A stretch of 64,000 bases of DNA, taken from positions 1 to 64,000 of IMG/VR virus record IMGVR_UViG_3300042433_000146. One strand, given 5' to 3'. Made by a program: the position numbers and the translations under genes. The notes under the pieces are model-generated. The model had not been told where the DNA came from, did no database searches, and worked only from the letters and a program-made list of their open reading frames with translations. Of the stretch, positions 43,236 through 51,649 are shown piece by piece; the first letter of the stretch is position 1; each line of letters begins with the position of its first letter. This DNA is from a virus.

Positions 43236-43574
43236 CTACTTTTTATACCACTTCTGTTCGTCTAGCTTGATTCCCTTTGACAGACAGGCGTCATGAAACT
43301 TCTGATAGAACTCTTGCGCATAGGTTTGGCTGTCCATGTTGATCGGCCAGTGCCACGGCGCTCCTAACAAGTCTTCGACGATGCTGTCGATCAAGATGTC
43401 CCGGTCGATGGTATCGCACACATCATCCGGCGAATCCCGCTTGGTGACCGGATGCCGGTCGGAGTACAGCTTGATCTGTTCGTTGGTGAGAATGATGCCA
43501 AAATGACGTTGCATCGTTTCCCGAACGTTGGTGTAGACCGGCGGCGCGGCTTTCTTCGTTGCGGCTTTTGCCAT
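43236..43574 (-). CDS. hypothetical protein
   Basis: ATG 6 nt after the -10 of the divergent promoter. Confidence 0.65.
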   Translation of the reverse strand: MAKAATKKAAPPVYTNVRETMQRHFGIILTNEQIKLYSDRHPVTKRDSPDDVCDTIDRDILIDSIVEDLLGAPWHWPINMDSQTYAQEFYQKFHDACLSKGIKLDEQKWYKK

Positions 43575-43580
43575 GAAAAA

Positions 43581-43623
43581 AGAGTATCACATATTGACTT
43601 GTATGTCAAATGTGTGGTATACT
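43581..43623. promoter_or_regulatory. back-to-back early promoters sharing one palindrome
   Basis: TTGACT-18-TATACT (+) and TTGACA-17-TACTCT (-) from TTGACTTGTATGTCAA. Confidence 0.85.
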
Positions 43624-43629
43624 CTTCTC

Positions 43630-44148
43630 ATGAACGAAGAAAAACTTCTCAGGCTTCCCGTCCCGCTGGCGACAAAGATGCTTGAATATGGGTGGATCGT
43701 CACAGGCGTGCCATCCATCGGAATTGCCTACACGGTCGGTCTGATGGAGAAGTTCAACCATCCTGAAATCGCCATCCACGGACTTCCGGTTCAAACATCT
43801 TACGGCTTCCTCCAATCGATTGTGAAGATGATCCGTGACGGCAAACGGTTCGAACCCGGCCAGAACTACGATGAAATCGCGGCCAACTTCCCCACACAGT
43901 TCGTCGTTGTGGACCGGGAGAATGCGTCGTGGGTCGGTATGGTCTACAACTACAACGGCCCGATGTTCAACGCACTTCAGATGATCTGGACGGACACGAA
44001 AGGAAAGTTTCCGTGGGAACCCGACTTCGAAGAGCGGTTCCGCGACAAACAACATGTCCTCAATGTCCCGGTGCCATACCCCGAATCCGGCGATAGCTGT
44101 TGTGACGCAAATTGTGCGTGCAATTCGAAAAACAATCCGGTCCACTGA
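43630..44148 (+). CDS. DUF4262-like protein
   Basis: YGW.VTGV...AYTVGL...HPEIAIHGL...QMIWTD.KGKFPWE. Confidence 0.75.
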   Translation: MNEEKLLRLPVPLATKMLEYGWIVTGVPSIGIAYTVGLMEKFNHPEIAIHGLPVQTSYGFLQSIVKMIRDGKRFEPGQNYDEIAANFPTQFVVVDRENASWVGMVYNYNGPMFNALQMIWTDTKGKFPWEPDFEERFRDKQHVLNVPVPYPESGDSCCDANCACNSKNNPVH

Positions 44149-44204
44149 TGTATAATGATGGGTGAGCGTGTGCTGTGAGAGGTTCGCGCTTTCTCTTGCT
44201 TGAC

Positions 44205-44237
44205 GGCGGGCCAGTGTATCGGCCCGCCATTTTTATT
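44205..44237 (+). terminator. intrinsic terminator
   Basis: GGCGGGCC-8-GGCCCGCC then ATTTTTATTT. Confidence 0.75.
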
Positions 44238-44991
44238 TGGTCACCGTGACGGAAGGCGTCGCCGCCCGGTTGATATTGAACCAAATCAAAGTGCCGTTCG
44301 CGGCATAGCCGATCACCCGGTCGTACCACTTCGGCTTCGTGAGCCTGTCGATGTTGGATGTTATGTTGCTGGTGTTCTGGACAATGATGGGGAACTGTGT
44401 AGCGAAGGCGTCCGTGCTCTTCCTGACATCGGAAGCAACCAAAGGAATGGTCGTCGAAATCCCTTGCATGGTGGCCGATGTATCCCGGCTGGCGGCACGG
44501 AAGGAAACCATTGAATCGGTCACAAGGTTCTGCCAACAGAAATCATTCTCCGCACAGTTCGTGAATGGCTTCAGTGAAGTGTCCAGACGATCCGGTATCG
44601 CCGCATAGGTCTTCGTCAGATCATTCACCCCGCCCGCTACGTTGGTCAGGTTTCGGTCAGCGGATGCCACCAACTGATCGACCCGCTTCAAGGTTTCCCC
44701 TTCCAGTGCGACTAGATGACGATCCGTGGTCTTTTCCAGACTGCTGATGCGACGATCCGTGGTGGTTCGGATCTCTGTTAACTGTTGCTCCGTGGTCGCT
44801 CTCCAATCGGTCAACTGGCGATTCGCGGTTGTTTCTAAGGAAGACACCCGCGTGTCAATTAGCGCACGGGTTGCGGTCATTTCTGTTTTGATGATGTCGG
44901 GAACAATCCACAGAAGGCGGGCAACAAAGAGCAAACAGAGAACAGAAGCGAAGTAGAAGGACGCTTTCGCAACGGCTAAAATCTTATCCAT
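44233..44991 (-). CDS. N-terminally anchored coiled-coil membrane protein
   Basis: TM helix plus heptad-like repeats; TAAGTA 6 nt upstream. Confidence 0.6.
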   Translation of the reverse strand: MDKILAVAKASFYFASVLCLLFVARLLWIVPDIIKTEMTATRALIDTRVSSLETTANRQLTDWRATTEQQLTEIRTTTDRRISSLEKTTDRHLVALEGETLKRVDQLVASADRNLTNVAGGVNDLTKTYAAIPDRLDTSLKPFTNCAENDFCWQNLVTDSMVSFRAASRDTSATMQGISTTIPLVASDVRKSTDAFATQFPIIVQNTSNITSNIDRLTKPKWYDRVIGYAANGTLIWFNINRAATPSVTVTK

Positions 44992-45028
44992 AAAAGCTAC
45001 TTAGCGGCCTTACTGGATAACTAATTGG

Positions 45029-45316
45029 CTATTCTGCGGCGACGACTTCACTCAAAATATCCCCGGTGGCGATCAAGTTTCCAGTCGCATCGATCTTCAT
45101 CAGATGCGGAACTTTGCGGATCGAAAACCGGCGGACCAAATCCGAAGAAGAGTTGACATCCACAAATAGCGCTGTGATTTTGGTCGGGTCTAATCCACCT
45201 ACTCGTTTCACCATGCGTGCGCTTAGCACACTGCCGGGCATCACAAATACAAGGAGAATGGGGAGTTTCGATGCTTTGATAGCGGCATCAATGGTGTTGG
45301 CGTCAACGGTGGTCAC
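45029..45316 (-). CDS. thioredoxin-fold protein lacking CxxC
   Basis: PILLVF...LFVDVNSSSDLVRRFSIRKVPHL; TAAATA 5 nt upstream. Confidence 0.65.
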   Translation of the reverse strand: MTTVDANTIDAAIKASKLPILLVFVMPGSVLSARMVKRVGGLDPTKITALFVDVNSSSDLVRRFSIRKVPHLMKIDATGNLIATGDILSEVVAAE

Positions 45317-45330
45317 ACACCTATTTAGGG

Positions 45331-45609
45331 CTAGACCAGTGCGTCAGCTTGTTCCATCGTAGGGTTGATGTAGCAGGATTGGCCGGTGGCCGCTTCCTGT
45401 TGCTCACGGAAGATCGAAACGATGGCCCACGGAACGATTCCTTCTTTCCGGCAATTCCATCCGTGATCCCACGCCTCTTTGTAGTACCCATCCCGATGCG
45501 GATTGTCAGTGATGGGTTGATTATCGCGATGGGCGGCGAATCCTTTTTTGGTGGCCCAATTTTCCCCGCTTCGAATGTAAGCGGCTTCAGCGGCATACGC
45601 TTGGCACAT
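45331..45609 (-). CDS. hypothetical protein
   Basis: 92 aa, in operon. Confidence 0.5.
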   Translation of the reverse strand: MCQAYAAEAAYIRSGENWATKKGFAAHRDNQPITDNPHRDGYYKEAWDHGWNCRKEGIVPWAIVSIFREQQEAATGQSCYINPTMEQADALV

Positions 45610-45613
45610 GGAG

Positions 45614-46069
45614 TTATGGTATCACGATGAGTGGTTCTGGCGTTTCTGAGAGGCGCAACCCGGTCGCACAATACGATTTGCCGGAACGATAGATCGCTCC
45701 CGCCGGACTGATTTTCGAACGCCGGGTTGCAATGTAGTTCAGCGCGGCATCGAAGTTCTGAAAATGCCCGGCCTTCACCAGATAGCATGCTGTAATCATC
45801 GGCGACCGGCTGATCCCGGCGGCACAGTGGATCAACACGCGCTGTCCCGCACGGATTCCGTCATGGATCAAGGACACGGCCCGGTGGATGATTTTGTTGT
45901 CAACGGCCAAACCATCGTGGAAACCGACTTGCCAACTATCTGCACATTTGTGCTTCAGTTCGTATTCGTTGCATACGGCAATCGCGCGGTCGATGCGTTC
46001 TCCCAACTGTGGGTCGGTGGCATCAGCAAGATCGCCCAAAAACAACTTATCGAAAATGATAGAATCCAT
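45614..46069 (-). CDS. dual-specificity protein phosphatase
   Basis: LFLGD, VLIHCAAGISRS P-loop. Confidence 0.92.
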   Translation of the reverse strand: MDSIIFDKLFLGDLADATDPQLGERIDRAIAVCNEYELKHKCADSWQVGFHDGLAVDNKIIHRAVSLIHDGIRAGQRVLIHCAAGISRSPMITACYLVKAGHFQNFDAALNYIATRRSKISPAGAIYRSGKSYCATGLRLSETPEPLIVIP

Positions 46070-47301
46070 TACGGGTACGCCTCAAATACGGAGTCCTTGA
46101 CCAGTTCGAGCACCGTCACATATTGCTTTTGGTCTACCTTGTGTCGAATGCCGGAAATCAAAAACTTCCCTCTGTAGTGTTTATCGACCATCTGTTGATT
46201 GTTTTGCGGTGGCTCTGGCGACGGCATCTCAAATTTCACAACATCGCCTACTTTCAGATTGCTGTTGCCGGGCACGCTCACGCTCAACTTGATGTTCTGT
46301 AGCTGTTGTAATTGTGACACACGATCCAACAGCCAACGGTCCACTTGGTTCACGAAGGGAGCGACGCCGGTGCTGTACATCTTGAACTTGTTCGCTTTGT
46401 TGTGCAAGTCTGACCGGGAGTTCGAGTACAGTTTGTTGCCGGGATACAGGTGTTTGTGCTTGTCGAAATTCGCCGTGTAGTCCCATGTGAAGCGTTCCCA
46501 CTTCTTCCGCACATGGCTGTGTGTGATGAGTTCGGAAGCATACATGCCTTGCTCTTGATTCTCTCGAACGTCGCTGTAGAAATCGACCGTGTAGGCTTGG
46601 ATGGCTTCCATGTCTTGATTGATCGTCCGGGCGTGATGCGTCCCCGATTCCCTGACGTTGGCCGGTTGATAGATGATGTCTTGTACCGGTCCCTTCTCCA
46701 GACACTTTTCAATGGGAATCCAATAGAACTTGTCGAAGGTCTGATAGTAGAGATAGTTCGCGCCGTTGTAGCTCGAAGGATTGGCGCGCGTAGACAACCA
46801 CTGAATCCCTTGGATCGGGTGGAGATTCGGGATTATGATGTGATGGATGTACTTCGATGGTTCAATCTCGATAGCGCCGCCGCCAAGCCATGTGTTGTGT
46901 AAGTCGGCTACGATCTCATGGATTTGCTTGCTCTTGTATGATTTGCTGACACGGACCTTGTAGTTCTTCCATGCCTCATCCGCACAGAAATTGAGGATGT
47001 ATGCCAAGTTTCGATCTTTGCCAAGGTGCCGGTCGGTCGCGCTGTAGACACGAAATTGTTTCGTCAATAGTCCTTTGCCGGGCGTTTCAAGTCCGATGGT
47101 CAGGGTTTCAAATCCGAAGATCGGAAAGTTCGCCAGCCGGTTCTGTGTGTCGGAAATGAGCACGGTACCGCTCATCGTCGGGGACCAGATGTCTTCGAAG
47201 ATATTGAGTTCGTGGTAGATGTAGCGAATATCCCAAATCTCACCCGTGCAAAGCGTCAGGGTCAGTTCTTTGAGGTTATAATCCTTCGGGAAATCGGCCA
47301 T
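46069..47301 (-). CDS. baseplate hub protein (gp27-like)
   Basis: NIFEDI..PTMSG...VPGNSNLKVGDVV...GKFLISGIRH; adjacent to gp53. Confidence 0.7.
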   Translation of the reverse strand: MADFPKDYNLKELTLTLCTGEIWDIRYIYHELNIFEDIWSPTMSGTVLISDTQNRLANFPIFGFETLTIGLETPGKGLLTKQFRVYSATDRHLGKDRNLAYILNFCADEAWKNYKVRVSKSYKSKQIHEIVADLHNTWLGGGAIEIEPSKYIHHIIIPNLHPIQGIQWLSTRANPSSYNGANYLYYQTFDKFYWIPIEKCLEKGPVQDIIYQPANVRESGTHHARTINQDMEAIQAYTVDFYSDVRENQEQGMYASELITHSHVRKKWERFTWDYTANFDKHKHLYPGNKLYSNSRSDLHNKANKFKMYSTGVAPFVNQVDRWLLDRVSQLQQLQNIKLSVSVPGNSNLKVGDVVKFEMPSPEPPQNNQQMVDKHYRGKFLISGIRHKVDQKQYVTVLELVKDSVFEAYP

Positions 47302-47302
47302 T

Positions 47303-47857
47303 TTACACCAACTTGTTTTCCTTCATGAGCCGGATCAACTGGTCTTCCAGCATCGGCGTATGTTTCTTGTCGATCAATCGAATGTTCCGCTTCGCGTCGT
47401 TCTCTGCCACCAAGAAATCATATAGTGTCACCCGCTTGCGTTCGTTCACCGGGGTACGGACAAACGTGTCGTAGTCGATCTGGACGCCGTGGATGTCTTC
47501 GTAGTGATGAAGGGTCTGATAGGTATAAATCAGACCGTCTTGCTGTGGCGTGGTGTATTGCGCCCGAATGTATGCGATGAAATCTTCATAGGACAGCGGC
47601 CAGTCGGTGTACGGGTTGATGATGTCATTCGCCAGAAGAACGATCCAGTGATACCCGGTCCAGCCGTAATAGCGATGGGCTATGTCTTCGATCCGTTCGC
47701 CATCCTTGACGGAGTACTCATACATTTCGAGCATTTCCGTCTTGATGACATCGCGGATCTTCACCCGCTGAAGGATGTTCACCGTCGCCCGAAGGTTGTT
47801 GTCGTCCAACATGTCGTATTGGACAAACGGAATCGTTGAAAAGAAAGGAGTCGGCAT
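47303..47857 (-). CDS. gp53: baseplate wedge subunit (T4 gp53-like)
   Basis: YSVKDGERIEDIAHRYYG...WIVLLANDIINPYTDWP. Confidence 0.88.
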   Translation of the reverse strand: MPTPFFSTIPFVQYDMLDDNNLRATVNILQRVKIRDVIKTEMLEMYEYSVKDGERIEDIAHRYYGWTGYHWIVLLANDIINPYTDWPLSYEDFIAYIRAQYTTPQQDGLIYTYQTLHHYEDIHGVQIDYDTFVRTPVNERKRVTLYDFLVAENDAKRNIRLIDKKHTPMLEDQLIRLMKENKLV

Positions 47858-47866
47858 CGCTTCTGG

Positions 47867-47900
47867 TATTTACCTACGACCCCGGAACCGCCCATAAATA
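47867..47900. promoter_or_regulatory. divergent late promoters
   Basis: TAAATA (-) 47867-72, 9 nt before gp53; TAAATA (+) 47895-900, 6 nt before gp4. Confidence 0.75.
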
Positions 47901-47906
47901 ACCTAT

Positions 47907-48347
47907 GTGCCGTGGCAAGGACAGTTTCGACCCAAGAATCCGGGCAAATACGTTGGCGACGTAAACGCCATCTACTACCGCTCATCGCTGGAATACCGGC
48001 TGATGAAGCATCTTGACGCTCACCCGGATGTCCTGCATTGGAATTCGGAAGAAGTGGTCGTCCCGTATGTAAAGCCGACCGATAATCGCATCCACCGATA
48101 TTTCGTGGACATGGTGGCACAGGTCAAAAGGCAAGACGGTCAGATCAAAACCTACTTGATCGAAGTCAAACCCTACGACCAGTGTTTCCCGCCCAAGCAA
48201 CCGAAGACGCGCAAACAGAGCGCCCGGTACTTAGGCGAAATGGCTACCTATGCTGTCAATCAGGCGAAGTGGAACGCCGCCAAAGAATTTTGCAAGAAAC
48301 AGGGTTGGGAATTCACTGTGATGACCGACCGGGAGTTGAGATACTAG
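47907..48347 (+). CDS. gp4: head completion nuclease (T4 gp4-like)
   Basis: PKNPGKY.GD...YRSS.E...WNSEE...HRYFVD...IEVKP...NQAKW.AA. Confidence 0.92.
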   Translation: MPWQGQFRPKNPGKYVGDVNAIYYRSSLEYRLMKHLDAHPDVLHWNSEEVVVPYVKPTDNRIHRYFVDMVAQVKRQDGQIKTYLIEVKPYDQCFPPKQPKTRKQSARYLGEMATYAVNQAKWNAAKEFCKKQGWEFTVMTDRELRY

Positions 48348-48348
48348 G

Positions 48349-49515
48349 ATGCCGCGTAAACCGAGTAGCGACATCACACAGATTGTCAAGGACAAGGCGA
48401 AGAAATCTACGCCGAAGGCCAACGTGTCTGTGAAACCGGAACCCGCGCCGAAGATCCGTCTTCCGAAGGGGACGCCGGATGATGTTCGGGCAATTGTCAA
48501 GAAGTATCTTGAACCGTCCCCGAAGAAAGTTTCGCGCGCGGATGTTCTGAAGGACATTCAGAAGATCGTCAAGTCGTTTGCCAAAAAGACTCCCGGCCAA
48601 GAGAAGGCGAAGGTTCCACCGGCACCGAAAGCAACGACGCGACCCAAGGCAACCCCGCCGCCACCACCCGCACCGGAACCGCCCAAACCGACCCCACCGT
48701 CTCCGAAAGACGACGTTCGAGCTATCGTCAAGTCCAAGGCGAAGAAAGCCGCGACCATGCATGTCGCACCGCCGAAGACGAAACCAAAAGCCAAGCCCGT
48801 TCCGCCATCCCCGGCGAAGCCAAGCCCGGCGGCGGATATCGCGAAGGCCAAGACCAAGAAGACCAGCGTACCGGATCTTCACCCGCGCATCTATCCAACC
48901 GATGATCGTCCGCTGACGTTCTTCGACAAGGTGAAGAATCGCATGCGCCGGGAAGGAATTCCGTTGCTGACGAAGAAGGCCCGCGCTTGGATGAAACAAA
49001 CATTGACCAATATGCGGACACCAAGCCGCAAAGGGTTGGTGAACAACGGAGAAACACTAGCCGATGTTTTGATCGGCAACATGTTCTTCTTCTTCTACGA
49101 CGCCAAGCACAAGAAGACGCTTCCGTATTGGGACCGTTTTCCGATGATCTTTCCTTTGGAACTGTACGACGATGGTTTCCTTGGGATCAACCTACACTAC
49201 TTGGATCGGACACTTCGTTTGAGGCTGTTCGACAAGTTGATGCAATTCAAGAACAACGACCGGTACGATGACTCCACGAAGTTGAAGTTGAGCTATGCTT
49301 TGTTGTCTTCCGTCGCCAAGTTCCCCGAAGTGCGACCGTGCGTGAAGCGGTATTTGTCCAGCCACGTGCGTTCGCAGTTCTTGCGTGTTCATCCATCAGA
49401 GTGGGAAATCGCTCTGTTCTTACCCGTGGAAATGTTCCAGAAACAGAGTGCGGATTATGTGTGGTCAGATTCACGTCGCAAGATCCGCTCATTCACCAAG
49501 AAGAAGAGGAAATAG
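48349..49515 (+). CDS. gp2: DNA end protector (T4 gp2-like) with long Pro/Lys-rich N-extension
   Basis: FFFYDAKHK.TLPYWDRFP...GINLHYL...CVKRYL.SHVRS. Confidence 0.9.
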   Translation: MPRKPSSDITQIVKDKAKKSTPKANVSVKPEPAPKIRLPKGTPDDVRAIVKKYLEPSPKKVSRADVLKDIQKIVKSFAKKTPGQEKAKVPPAPKATTRPKATPPPPPAPEPPKPTPPSPKDDVRAIVKSKAKKAATMHVAPPKTKPKAKPVPPSPAKPSPAADIAKAKTKKTSVPDLHPRIYPTDDRPLTFFDKVKNRMRREGIPLLTKKARAWMKQTLTNMRTPSRKGLVNNGETLADVLIGNMFFFFYDAKHKKTLPYWDRFPMIFPLELYDDGFLGINLHYLDRTLRLRLFDKLMQFKNNDRYDDSTKLKLSYALLSSVAKFPEVRPCVKRYLSSHVRSQFLRVHPSEWEIALFLPVEMFQKQSADYVWSDSRRKIRSFTKKKRK

Positions 49516-49518
49516 ATT

Positions 49519-50388
49519 ATGTCATTCACCCTACCGCGTGTCGGAGATATTCCGCGTCTTGGGTTACCGCCCTTGCCGCCATTTCAGCCGATTGCGATCA
49601 GTTCGATTCCGCCGCGCCTGACAAACTTCGAAGCGTTCGTTAACAACTCTCCGCGTCTGGTGTTGGATCATCCAAACTACGCAAACATCACCAATTTCAC
49701 CGCAACGATGTTTGCCAGCAACGTGTTTGCCCGGCCCAATCGGTTTCGGGTAGAAGTAGCGACACTCAATCTATTTCAAAATTTGGACCGCACTATCGGC
49801 CCGCCCGGATACGACCAGAATTGGGCACAGTGGTTCGGTGCCAAAGACGCTATCGAAACCGGCAACCGGCTGATGTTCTATTGTTTCAATGCCGAAATCC
49901 CCGGCGTGTCTTATCAGACCGACGACAACCGCATCTATGGCGCACAGTTCAAGGTTCCATACATGCCGCAATACAACGACATCGATCTTGAATTCTATGT
50001 CGGGGACGACATGTTCGAGCGGTGGTTCTTCGAGGGATGGATGCATTCCATCATGGACCCACAGACGCAAGACTTCAACTACATCGGCGAATTTTCAACC
50101 GGCATCACGATCACTCAAATGGATCTGAACGATCAAGACGTGTACACTTGTACGCTACTCGAAGCGTTCCCCATTGCAATCAATCAGATGGATCTGAATT
50201 GGGACACCCAAAATGAAATCCATCGGGTGTCGGTGACATTCACCTACAAGCGGGTATTGACCGTGGATCTGGACGAACGCACTCTCAGTGTCAACAATGA
50301 TGCTGGTCGCGGCAACCGCGAACGTTTCCGTGAAACAGTGATTACACCGGCTCAGCGTCAGGCACAACAAAACCAACCCCGGTCCTAA
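49519..50388 (+). CDS. gp54: baseplate/tail-tube junction protein (T4 gp54-like)
   Basis: ARPNRFRV...FE.WM..I.DP...L.EAFP...FTYK. Confidence 0.75.
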   Translation: MSFTLPRVGDIPRLGLPPLPPFQPIAISSIPPRLTNFEAFVNNSPRLVLDHPNYANITNFTATMFASNVFARPNRFRVEVATLNLFQNLDRTIGPPGYDQNWAQWFGAKDAIETGNRLMFYCFNAEIPGVSYQTDDNRIYGAQFKVPYMPQYNDIDLEFYVGDDMFERWFFEGWMHSIMDPQTQDFNYIGEFSTGITITQMDLNDQDVYTCTLLEAFPIAINQMDLNWDTQNEIHRVSVTFTYKRVLTVDLDERTLSVNNDAGRGNRERFRETVITPAQRQAQQNQPRS

Positions 50389-50444
50389 TCTTTCGCGCGC
50401 ACATCTCCGGGTGGGCGCGCGATTTGCCTACTAAGTAATTGCTG

Positions 50445-51215
50445 ATGAGCAACCTTCCATTACTCAAAACGCCGGAATATGAATTGACTATTCCTTCTTC
50501 CGGCCAGCGGGCGGCGTTCCGTCCATTTCTAGTCCGGGAAGAAAAGATCCTCTTGATGGCTATGCAGAGCGAAGATGAGAAACAAGTCATCCGCGCTGTT
50601 GAAGACATCATCAAGTCGTGTCTGATCGGAACCATTGATCTCAGCAAGTTGTCGATGTTCGACATCGAATACATCTTCCTGAAGATCCGCTCCAAGTCCA
50701 TCGGCGAAATCGTCGAAATGCGGTATCAGTGCCAGCGGGAAATCCCGAAGACCGTGCGCGACGAACACACCGGCGAAACACAGGTGGTCAACCGCCCGTG
50801 TGGTACGAATGTGCCGATCAAAATCCATCTGGATGAAGTGAAAGTGGACAAGGACCCGAACCATACCACTCAAATCAAATTGACTGATGAAGTCGGGTTG
50901 ACTATGCGATATCCCAACCTTTCGTTGGCCCGCAAATTGCAAACCGAAGGCCGGAATACAGAAGATGTTGGTCAGGCACTCGATTTGATCGCGGCCTGTA
51001 TCGAATCGGTCTTCGACGCCGATCAGGTCATCACGGAGTTCAACCAAGCTGAAATGGTCAAATGGTTGGAAACTCTGACGCAGCAACAGTTTGCCGAAAT
51101 TCAGAAGTTCTTCGACACGATCCCGCGCCTTCGCCACACGGTCCACTTCCAGTGCCCGGCATGTGGACATGAGCAAGACATCGTGATCGAAGGCATTCAA
51201 AATTTTTTCGGATAG
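50445..51215 (+). CDS. gp26: baseplate hub subunit (T4 gp26-like)
   Basis: LP.L.TP.YEL..PS...FRPFLVREEKILL...FDIEYIFLKIRSKSIGE; TAAGTA 7 nt upstream. Confidence 0.9.
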   Translation: MSNLPLLKTPEYELTIPSSGQRAAFRPFLVREEKILLMAMQSEDEKQVIRAVEDIIKSCLIGTIDLSKLSMFDIEYIFLKIRSKSIGEIVEMRYQCQREIPKTVRDEHTGETQVVNRPCGTNVPIKIHLDEVKVDKDPNHTTQIKLTDEVGLTMRYPNLSLARKLQTEGRNTEDVGQALDLIAACIESVFDADQVITEFNQAEMVKWLETLTQQQFAEIQKFFDTIPRLRHTVHFQCPACGHEQDIVIEGIQNFFG

Positions 51216-51220
51216 TCCTG

Positions 51221-51412
51221 TTGCACAATTCCCTAGCGAACTACTACGAAGTACAGTTCGCCTTGGCTCAACACCATAAATACTCGATTACGGAAATCGA
51301 ATCCTTGATGCCGTGGGAGCGGGACATATACGTGACCATGCTGAACAATTGGGTCAAGGAAGAGCAAGAAAGGATGCGTTCCGAACAGGCACGCCAAAAA
51401 ACGGGTAGGTGA
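51221..51412 (+). CDS. gp51: baseplate hub assembly protein (T4 gp51-like)
   Basis: FALAQHHKYSITEIESLMPWERDIYV.ML. Confidence 0.9.
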   Translation: MHNSLANYYEVQFALAQHHKYSITEIESLMPWERDIYVTMLNNWVKEEQERMRSEQARQKTGR

Positions 51413-51418
51413 AGAGCT

Positions 51419-51646
51419 ATGAAATGGTGGATTGATTTTGTACATGGATTCAACACTCCAGCGGGCAATTTGGTTGCCTGTCTGGTTCTGGTCCTTTTTC
51501 TGACCCCATTCCTGATTCAAAACAATCCGAAAGCGTGGGAAGCGTTGACATTCATCTTGGGAGTAATCGGTGGTCTGGTTCGGGGTGCAAATACGAACTC
51601 TGAACCGCCACCGCCCGCCCCGAAGCAACAGGATGAAGAAGAGTAA
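51419..51646 (+). CDS. two-TM small membrane protein (holin candidate)
   Basis: Two hydrophobic helices, charged tail. Confidence 0.45.
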   Translation: MKWWIDFVHGFNTPAGNLVACLVLVLFLTPFLIQNNPKAWEALTFILGVIGGLVRGANTNSEPPPPAPKQQDEEE

Positions 51647-51649
51647 AGA

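Noticed and set aside
44233-44991. Assignment as i-spanin
   Set aside because: The topology fits, but no overlapping or adjacent lipoprotein o-spanin gene was found, so it is left as a membrane coiled-coil protein.
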